From Okeania sp. (GTDB lineage: Bacteria > Cyanobacteriota > Cyanobacteriia > Cyanobacteriales > Microcoleaceae), in the NCBI RefSeq assembly GCF_035285525.1, contig NZ_JAYKGW010000260.1, positions 1 through 6,997 on the forward strand: a stretch of 6,997 nt of DNA, in the 5' to 3' direction. Shown in pieces: positions 1 through 5,564 of the stretch. Made by a program: the position numbers and the translations under genes. How positions within the stretch are numbered: position 1 is the stretch's first letter; every line of letters begins with the position of its first letter. The notes beneath the pieces are model-generated. The model saw only the letters and a program-made list of their open reading frames with translations, did no database searches and was not told where the DNA came from.

Positions 1-128
1 AAAGGTGCGCTCCTATATACTAATAGCCCAAAGTCAATATTCTCGATATTTTCCAACTCTCCATAATCAGAAACAGAAACTTTTCCAATTTTCCCAAGTC
101 ATCTATTTCCACATCAAACCTTCCTAAT

Positions 129-566
129 TTATTTACCAGTAACTTGCACTAATACACTTCTTTTTCGAGGTCCGTCTAATTCAAAAAATAATATCGACTG
201 CCAAGTTCCTAAAGCTAAATTTCCCTCCACAACTGGAATCACTTCACTATTATTTAAAGTCATTGCCATGAGATGAGAATGAGCATTAATAGGTTCGTCG
301 GGAGGTACATCTCGTAAATGTAAATCATTATGGAGATACTTGTCAGACTCCGGTGCTAACTTTCTCAAATATACTTTCAAGTCCTCAATTAATCTTTCCT
401 CATTTTCATTAATAGCTAAAGCAGTAGTTGTGTGTTTAGAAAATACAATTACTTGCCCATTATTTATGCCAGTTGCAGTTAAGATATCAATAACTTGGGG
501 AGTAATATTATATATTTCTATTCCTGGAGCAGTTTCTATTTCTAGAAGTTCATTTTTAATCAACAT
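129..566 (-). CDS. yjbQ: YjbQ/UPF0047 family protein (secondary thiamine-phosphate synthase-like)
   Basis: 145-aa ORF from the track. The blocks HTTTALAINENE, NAHSHL and LGTWQSILFFELDGPRKR correspond to the conserved HTSASLTLNEN and GTWQGIWLGEH blocks of E. coli YjbQ-type proteins. AGGA lies 7 nt upstream of the ATG. Confidence 0.85.
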   Translation of the reverse strand: MLIKNELLEIETAPGIEIYNITPQVIDILTATGINNGQVIVFSKHTTTALAINENEERLIEDLKVYLRKLAPESDKYLHNDLHLRDVPPDEPINAHSHLMAMTLNNSEVIPVVEGNLALGTWQSILFFELDGPRKRSVLVQVTGK

Positions 567-633
567 ATTAATATCCTATTTTGCCAAATATACTACTATT
601 ATTACAGTGGAAAAATTTTTATTAAACTAGAAT

Positions 634-1581
634 TTAATCTTCATTTGTAATCACAATTTTTCCAACAGCGCGACCCATTTCACTATAAGCATGAGCTGCC
701 GCTATTTCTGTTAATTTATATGTCTTATCAATAACTGATTTAACTAATCCATCTTCAATCAATTTTCCAAGAGAAATTAAATCATCGGGGTTAGGTTGAG
801 CGAGAACAAATTTAGATTTTTTACCAGGCATAAATAAGGTAAATAAAGTAGAAGGTAAATTTTCTAAAATTGGTAGAGTAGAAATATAAATTCCTTCAGA
901 CTTCAATACATTTTCACAACTAGAAAAAGTTTCTTTTCCAACAGCATCAAAAACAATATCATACTGTTCAGATTCTTGGGTAAAATTAATCTGATTATAA
1001 TCAATAACCTGATTTGCTCCTAAACTCTCTACTAAGGTAATATTTTTACTACTACAAACACCTATAACTTCAGCTTTCATTGCCTTTGCAATTTGAACTG
1101 CAAAAGTCCCAACACCCCCAGAAACACCATTAATTAAAACTTTTTTTCCTGGTCTAATTTGACCTAAATTAAGTAATGCTTGAAAAGCGGTTAAACCTGC
1201 TACGGGTACTGCTGCTGCTTGGCAATAATTCATATTTTTTGGTTTTAAAGCAGCAGTATTTGCAGGTATAGCAATATATTCTGCATAAGCACCTCCAACT
1301 AATGGATTTATAAATGTATAAATTTCATTTCCAGGCTGAAAGTTTTCTACTTTTTCCCCTGCTTCTATAATAACTCCAGATAAGTCTGAACCTAAAAGAA
1401 TAGGAAAGTTAAAACCTGAGAGTAATTGTAGTTGCCCTTGTCTAATTTTCCAATCAACAGGGTTAATACTGCTAGCGTGAATTTTGACTAATAGTTGTTC
1501 GGGTTTAATTTGAGGTTTTTCAATTTCTGAATATTCCAAAACATCAATGGAACCATACCTATTAATAGTGACTGCTTTCAT
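634..1581 (-). CDS. NAD(P)H:quinone oxidoreductase / zinc-type alcohol dehydrogenase-like protein (MDR superfamily)
   Basis: 315-aa ORF. N-terminal GroES-like region (VKIHASSINPVDWKIRQG), Rossmann dinucleotide motif VLINGVSGGVGTFAVQIAK, and a C-terminal GRAVGKIVI tail typical of the quinone-oxidoreductase subgroup. It ends 67 nt upstream of the co-directional yjbQ-like gene. Confidence 0.85.
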   Translation of the reverse strand: MKAVTINRYGSIDVLEYSEIEKPQIKPEQLLVKIHASSINPVDWKIRQGQLQLLSGFNFPILLGSDLSGVIIEAGEKVENFQPGNEIYTFINPLVGGAYAEYIAIPANTAALKPKNMNYCQAAAVPVAGLTAFQALLNLGQIRPGKKVLINGVSGGVGTFAVQIAKAMKAEVIGVCSSKNITLVESLGANQVIDYNQINFTQESEQYDIVFDAVGKETFSSCENVLKSEGIYISTLPILENLPSTLFTLFMPGKKSKFVLAQPNPDDLISLGKLIEDGLVKSVIDKTYKLTEIAAAHAYSEMGRAVGKIVITNED

Positions 1582-1784
1582 GGTTTTTTTTGTTAAATTA
1601 AGACTTATATTAGGATATCAATAAATTATACAAAGCTTTCCGTTGTTATGAGGTAGAAAATTTAGGTTGGGGAAATAAGGAATAAAAAAGAAGAAAAATA
1701 ACTGCACCTAAGTAGAATTAGCCCTGACTTTACCTTTACCCTTAAAATTCCTTTTTTCCAAAACCTAATTTCTGAATTTAATCA

Positions 1785-3098
1785 TCAAAAAAATATCCGA
1801 CACATTATAACAGAAGTCAAAATTCCTACCGCATCAGCAAATAGAGCAGCAGGTAAAGCATATCGAGTTTTTTTAATTCCAACACTGCCAAAATAAACAG
1901 CTAATACATAAAAAGTTGTTTCTGTGGAACCCTGCATAGTTGATACTAAATAGGAGAGAAAACTTGATGGTTTATTTGTGACTATTTCTGACATAATCCC
2001 AAAAGCACCACTACCAGATAAAGGTCTAATTAATGCCATAGGTAATGCTTCTACTGGGATGCCAATTAAATTAGTTATGGGAGATAAAATTGCAGCTAAA
2101 ATATCTAATGCTCCACTTGCTCTAAACATTCCAATAGCGACAAAAATTGCCACCATAAAAGGAATTATTCTCACGGCAACTTCAAATCCATCTTTTGCAC
2201 CTTCGGTCATTGTTTCATAAACTTTAACTCCTCGAAAATAGCCAAAAAGTAGAAAGGAACAAATTAATATTGGCAATAACCAATTAGACAAACTTTCGAG
2301 AAAATTCAGACTAAAAATATAGGATATACCTTGGAGGTTTAAGTGATAAATTACCGCACCTAAAAAAGCTCCAATTAAACTAGCAAAAACTAATTTACTA
2401 ATTTTGCCTGGTGGAGCCAGTTCCGAGCTTTTTTCCTCTCCATTAATCAAATTATTTTCCTCTAAATATTCTGGAGAAATTGATTGATTTAAACTTGGCA
2501 TTGTTTGCTTACTTGCCAAAAATTTAGCTGCTATAATAGCTGCTATTGTAGAACAACAAGTAGCAATAAATGTAGGTAAAATAATATCTCCAGGATTAGT
2601 AACACCTGCACTTGCTCTAATAGTTATCACACCAATAGGAATTAGGGTGACAGAAGAGGTATTAATTGCTAAAAATAAACACATTGAATCTGTCGCAGTT
2701 CCCTTTTCTGGATTTAATTTATCCATTTCTGTCATAGCTTTTAAACCCATTGGTGTTGCAGCATTTCCTAATCCTAAAGCATTAGCAGCTATATTCAAAA
2801 TAATGGCAGACATAGCAGGGTGAGAAGGAGGTATATCGGGAAAAAGTTTAACCATTAAGGGATAAATAAAACGGGCAATTATTTTCATTCCTCCTGCTGC
2901 TTCAACTATGGAAATTATGCCTAACCATAATGCCATACTACCAATTAATCCGATGGCTAAAGTAACAGCATTTTCTGCACCTTCAAATGATGCTTCAGTT
3001 ATTTCGGTCATTTTGCCATTGTATGCTGCTACAACTGTGGCTAAAATTATCATAAATAGCCAGATATTATTAATAGGTGATATTTGTGATTTATTCAT
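1785..3098 (-). CDS. Nucleoside-recognition (Gate) domain membrane protein, SpmA/SpmB-like fusion
   Basis: 437-aa polytopic hydrophobic ORF. The GLGNAATPMGLKAMTEMDKLNP block resembles the SpmA signature, and the C-terminal half (LIRPLSGSGAFGIMSE) resembles SpmB. ATG start at 3096-3098. Confidence 0.75.
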   Translation of the reverse strand: MNKSQISPINNIWLFMIILATVVAAYNGKMTEITEASFEGAENAVTLAIGLIGSMALWLGIISIVEAAGGMKIIARFIYPLMVKLFPDIPPSHPAMSAIILNIAANALGLGNAATPMGLKAMTEMDKLNPEKGTATDSMCLFLAINTSSVTLIPIGVITIRASAGVTNPGDIILPTFIATCCSTIAAIIAAKFLASKQTMPSLNQSISPEYLEENNLINGEEKSSELAPPGKISKLVFASLIGAFLGAVIYHLNLQGISYIFSLNFLESLSNWLLPILICSFLLFGYFRGVKVYETMTEGAKDGFEVAVRIIPFMVAIFVAIGMFRASGALDILAAILSPITNLIGIPVEALPMALIRPLSGSGAFGIMSEIVTNKPSSFLSYLVSTMQGSTETTFYVLAVYFGSVGIKKTRYALPAALFADAVGILTSVIMCRIFF

Positions 3099-3103
3099 TT
3101 TAA

Positions 3104-3115
3104 GAATAGGGAACA
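3104..3115 (-). promoter_or_regulatory. Shared 12-nt motif TGTTCCCTATTC (mRNA sense) just upstream of the SpmAB-like start codon
   Basis: Identical 12-mer to 4176-4187. It lies 6-17 nt upstream of the ATG at 3096-3098, inside a CU-rich leader (CTTCCCCTATCCCCTGTTCCCTATTC). Confidence 0.3.
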
Positions 3116-3345
3116 GGGGATAGGGGAAGATATGTTGATGATAGTAGGATGATAATTATATTTTAACTGAAATTGCCTTAATATTTGACATAAGTATTTT
3201 CTGTTCATTATTTATCATAAATGAAACAGTTAAAAACTTACTCTTTCAAGGAAAAAAAATTTATTGTTCCCTTTATACTTAGTCTTCTCTCTCTTAGGTA
3301 ATGGTAATTAGGCATTATTAATTATTAATTATGCATTATTAATTA

Positions 3346-4188
3346 TCAATCTATCTTTTTACCACAATGAGGGCAAATAATAGATTCTTTTCCTTGATTT
3401 AAAGCTTGCTTTTTTTGAATTTCTTCAATTAAACCAGAACCAATTATACCAGTGGGTAAAGCAAATATTCCAATTCCAATTAAAGCAGCGATCGCTCCTA
3501 AAAATTTACCTAAAGGAGTAATAGGATAAATGTCTCCATAACCGACAGTTGTTAAAGTAACAACTCCCCACCACATAGCAGCAGGAATATTGGGAAAATT
3601 TTCTGGTTGAGCTTCATTTTCAGCAAAGTACATGAGACTAGCTGAAGTTACTAATAAAATTATACCAGTAAATATAGCGATTATTATTTCTTCTTGTTTT
3701 GACTTAATAACTTGAGCAAATAATTTGGTTGTATTTGAGTATCTGGTTATTTTGAATATTCTAAATATTCTAAATATTCTAAAGGAACGAGTAAATATTA
3801 AGTTTGGCAATAATAAAGGTAAGTAAAATGGCAAAATAGCAATTAAATCAATAATTACTAAAGGTTTGAATATAAATTTAATTCTTCCCCAAATAGGATG
3901 TTTGTATCCAAAGGCAATATTGCAAGACCAAACCCGCAAAATATATTCTATAGTAAATATGGTTACTGATATTATTTCAAAGCTATCTAAACAAGTTTGA
4001 TATTGCTGATAAATATCTTCGACTGTGGAGATAATGAGGGCAATAATATTGAGAATAATTAATGTGATGATGAAGATTTTGAAAGTTTTACTATAGATAT
4101 CTTCGGGATGATCTAGTTCAATAATTTCAAAGATTCGGCGTTGAATTTTGTGGTGCATTTTTTCTATATAGTAGGGAATAGGGAACAC
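3346..4188 (-). CDS. Voltage-gated-type (6TM) potassium channel
   Basis: 280-aa ORF. K+ selectivity filter TLTTVGYGD, S4 with a positive charge at every third residue (RSFRIFRIFRIFKITR), and six hydrophobic segments. The track start is a GTG at 4186-4188. An ATG at 4156-4158 (codon 11) is a plausible alternative start, so the 5' end is uncertain. Confidence 0.85.
   Translation of the reverse strand: MFPIPYYIEKMHHKIQRRIFEIIELDHPEDIYSKTFKIFIITLIILNIIALIISTVEDIYQQYQTCLDSFEIISVTIFTIEYILRVWSCNIAFGYKHPIWGRIKFIFKPLVIIDLIAILPFYLPLLLPNLIFTRSFRIFRIFRIFKITRYSNTTKLFAQVIKSKQEEIIIAIFTGIILLVTSASLMYFAENEAQPENFPNIPAAMWWGVVTLTTVGYGDIYPITPLGKFLGAIAALIGIGIFALPTGIIGSGLIEEIQKKQALNQGKESIICPHCGKKID
3488..3495. repeat. 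HIP1 octamer GCGATCGC
   Basis: Exact match to the Highly Iterated Palindrome 1 typical of many cyanobacterial genomes. It is a single copy, inside the channel CDS, so it is only a weak taxonomic hint. Confidence 0.5.
3755..3781 (-). repeat. Perfect 3 x 9-bp in-frame tandem repeat encoding RIFRIFRIF of the S4 voltage sensor
   Basis: The plus strand reads AATATTCTA three times without mismatch. In the gene frame this is AGA ATA TTT/TTC repeated. Confidence 0.9.
4176..4187 (-). promoter_or_regulatory. Second copy of the TGTTCCCTATTC motif at the 5' end of the K+ channel gene
   Basis: Identical 12-mer. It overlaps the GTG start used by the ORF track and lies 18-29 nt upstream of the alternative ATG (4156-4158). 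A further GTTCCC sits at 4195-4200. Confidence 0.3.
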
Positions 4189-4421
4189 TTAACTGGGAAC
4201 AGTAGAAAAAAAATTTATTAGTCTAAGGTTGCTCGTATATCTATGTCTTAACCAATTCTTTCTGAGCTATTTTTCTTGTGGTTAATTAATGCAAACTGAT
4301 ATTAGTTAGAGGTGTTGAGGTTTTATTTAATGAAGTGATAAATTTCGCCATTGATTAATTTTATTGGGAATAGTTTAAAAAATTTTGATTAGACTATTTG
4401 ATATTTGTTGGAGTAGTTTAT

Positions 4422-4651
4422 AGTTGAGATAAAAGTTCGCCAAGAATGAAAATCTTTGGCTGATAGGTTAAGTCATCTAAAGATGGCTAAATTATTACTT
4501 TAGAACTAAATTTTTATTGAGTAACTTTTGATTTTCAGCGTTGAGTTTTCTCAGACATTTTTTCTAGGTAAGTGTGAGAGTTATTTTTATCTTTTGGAGA
4601 TAACTATATAGTCATATAATTCATAAAGCTACGCAACTTTATTTTTGATGC
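4422..4651. repeat. Array unit 1 (type A, full length)
   Basis: Paralog of unit 4 (20/216 mismatches over 4436-4651 vs 5086-5301). It has a degenerate junction motif AGTTGAGATAAAAG, both hairpins, a T6 run at 4558-4563, and a decayed copy of the methyltransferase last 12 codons plus stop (stop at 4587-4589). Confidence 0.9.
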
Positions 4652-4914
4652 TTCGCCAAGGATGAAAATCTTTAGCTGATAGCTTAAGTCATTTAAAGAT
4701 GACTAAATTATTACTTTTTCACTAAGTTTTTATTGAGTAATTTTTGATTTTCAGCGTTTAATTTGGTCAGACATTTTTTCTAGGTAAGTGTGAGAGTTAT
4801 TTTTATCTTTTGGCGATAATTATATAGTCATCTAATCCATAATGTAAATTATAGCTTAATTTGATATATTTACGTTTAAGGGGAGTTATAAATTTTTGAG
4901 GAGGTAAATTTTCA
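4652..4914. repeat. Array unit 2 (type B, carries orphan methyltransferase 3' fragment)
   Basis: Paralog of unit 5 (13/263 mismatches, no indels, offset 650). Confidence 0.9.
4803..4914 (-). pseudogene. Orphan duplicate of the methyltransferase 3' end (36 codons plus stop)
   Basis: The minus-strand translation ENLPPQKFITPLKRKYIKLSYNLHYGLDDYIIIAKR* compares with the true C-terminus ENLPTQKFITPLKRKYLKLNYNSHYAIDDYIIIAKR*. That is 7 nt differences, 6 of them nonsynonymous, with no indel. There is no homology to the rest of the gene upstream of it. Confidence 0.8.
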
Positions 4915-4922
4915 AGAGTAAT

Positions 4923-5068
4923 AGTTGATATCAAGGTTCGCCAAAGATGAAAATCTTTAGCTGATAGTTTAAGTCATCTAAATATGAATAAATTATTACT
5001 TTATAACTAAGTTTTTATTGAGTAATTTTTAACTTTTAGCCTTTAGTTGTGTCAGAGATTTTTTCTAG
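4923..5068. repeat. Array unit 3 (truncated minimal unit)
   Basis: It starts with AGTTGATATCAAGG, and its 132-nt core (4937-5068) ends right after the T-run (GATTTTTTCTAG). The core has 19/132 mismatches to unit 4. Hairpin 2 is disrupted (GTCATC TAAA TATGAA). Confidence 0.85.
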
Positions 5069-5088
5069 AAAAGTTGATATCAAGGTTC

Positions 5089-5110
5089 GCCAAGGATGAA
5101 AATCCTTGGC
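5089..5110. other. Conserved stem-loop H1 (GCCAAGGAT-GAAA-ATCCTTGGC), best copy
   Basis: Perfect 9-bp inverted repeat around GAAA. Paralogs lie at 4439-4460, 4655-4676, 4940-4961 and 5305-5326, each with one or two substitutions. Confidence 0.7.
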
Positions 5111-5121
5111 TGATAGCTCAA

Positions 5122-5137
5122 GTCATCTAAAGATGGC
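5122..5137. other. Conserved stem-loop H2 (GTCATC-TAAA-GATGGC)
   Basis: 6-bp stem. Paralogs lie at 4472-4487, 4688-4703 and 5338-5353 (the type B copies read GTCATT-TAAA-GATGAC). The copy at 4973-4988 is disrupted. Confidence 0.55.
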
Positions 5138-5301
5138 TAAATTATTACTTTCCAAATAAGTTTTTATTGAGTAACTTTTGATTTTTAGCGTTGAGTTTTC
5201 TCAGACATTTTTTCTAGGTAAGTATGAAAGTTATTTTTATTTTTTGACGATAATTATATAGTCATCTAATCCATAAAGCTACCCAACTTTATTCTTGATG
5301 T

Positions 5302-5564
5302 TTCGCCAAGGATGAAAATCTTTAGCTGATAGGTTAAGTCATTTAAAGATGACTAAATTATTACTTTATAAATAAGTTTTTATTGAGTAACTTTTGATTT
5401 TCAGCGTTTAATTTTGTCAGACATTTTTTCTAGGTAAGTGTGAGAGTTATTTTTATCTTTTGGCGATAATTATATAGTCATCTATTGCATAATGTGAATT
5501 ATAGTTTAATTTGAGATATTTACGTTTAAGGGGAGTTATAAATTTTTGAGTAGGTAGATTTTCA
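5302..5564. repeat. Array unit 5 (type B, overlaps the true 3' end of the methyltransferase CDS)
   Basis: Region 5302-5452 is intergenic and 5453-5564 is the last 36 codons plus stop of the 5453..6781 CDS. Homology to unit 2 stops at about 5564. Confidence 0.9.

Larger units (their letters stand above)
5072..5301. repeat. Array unit 4 (type A, best-preserved hairpins)
   Basis: It starts with AGTTGATATCAAGG. It has a perfect 9-bp stem with GAAA loop at 5089-5110, hairpin 2 at 5122-5137, and a T6 run at 5208-5213. Confidence 0.9.
4422..5564. repeat. Hierarchical tandem array of five paralogous units (216-bp sub-period, 650-bp super-period)
   Basis: The core motif TTCGCCAARGATGAAAATC starts at 4436, 4652, 4937, 5086 and 5302. 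Region 4436-4914 aligns to 5086-5564 at an offset of exactly 650 nt with no indels and 33/479 mismatches (hand count). The track shows no ORF between 4189 and 5452. Confidence 0.95.

Noticed and set aside
1-128. Short open frames at the left edge (plus-strand frame 1 to the stop at 64-66; a ~30-codon minus-strand frame after a strong AGGAAGG)
   Set aside because: They are too short and lack motifs, so a real partial gene cannot be told from noise.
340-630. 96-aa plus-strand ORF
   Set aside because: It lies almost entirely antisense to the well-supported yjbQ-like CDS. The composition is low-complexity and hydrophobic with no recognisable motifs, which is typical of a shadow ORF in AT-rich DNA.
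1978-2220. 80-aa plus-strand ORF
   Set aside because: Antisense shadow inside the Gate-domain membrane protein CDS, with no motifs.
2908-3123. 71-aa plus-strand ORF
   Set aside because: Antisense shadow overlapping the 5' end of the Gate-domain CDS, with no motifs.
3312-3346. Direct repeat GCATTATTAATTAT x2 (3312-3325, 3333-3346) just downstream of the channel stop codon
   Set aside because: Low-complexity AT-rich sequence (ATTATTAATT-type), with no stem-loop or known motif. It is probably slippage noise.
4343-4361. TTTCGCCATTGATTAATTTT resembling the start of an array unit
   Set aside because: Only the TTCGCCA heptamer plus scattered A/T matches align (13/19) and nothing downstream does. 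At best it is a decayed remnant and cannot be supported.
4460-4466. Hammerhead-like core (CTGATAG followed by GTC, with GAAA nearby)
   Set aside because: The motif is CUGAUAG, not the required CUGANGA. The G8/A9 positions are swapped, and the GAAA is a hairpin loop rather than the stem II/III junction.
4541-4563. Intrinsic terminator (TTGAG-TTTT-CTCAG then ACA-TTTTTT) on the plus strand
   Set aside because: The stem has only 5 weak pairs, including one wobble, and is absent from type B units (2 and 5), which keep the T-run without a stem. This is not enough for a terminator call.
4436-5433. Conserved micro-ORFs inside the units: plus-strand MKI(F/L)(G/S)* and M(A/T/N)KLLLxx*, minus-strand MS(D/E)xxxR* (e.g. 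5401-5424)
   Set aside because: They are only 5-8 codons with no Shine-Dalgarno sequences. ATG...TAA strings are expected by chance in ~30% G+C DNA, and unit 3 loses the minus-strand ATG. Their conservation is explained by the nucleotide-level repeat itself. They are worth revisiting only if ribosome profiling shows occupancy.
4422-5452. Type III toxin-antitoxin (ToxI-like) RNA repeat array
   Set aside because: The units are 130-265 nt rather than the tens of nt of ToxI-like repeats. The adjacent protein looks like a methyltransferase, not a ToxN/AbiE-type endoribonuclease, and the array lies downstream of the gene rather than upstream.
4422-5564. CRISPR array interpretation of the repeats
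   Set aside because: The sequence between the hairpin motifs is itself conserved between units (86-95%), so there are no unique spacers. The periods of 149-285 nt are far from CRISPR geometry, and there are no cas genes in the window.
4803-5564. Diversity-generating retroelement (template repeat / variable repeat) reading of the duplicated gene 3' end
   Set aside because: No reverse transcriptase is in the window. The 7 differences between the orphan and true copies are mixed (g>c, t>a, t>c, g>a, a>c, c>a, t>c in gene sense) rather than adenine-specific.
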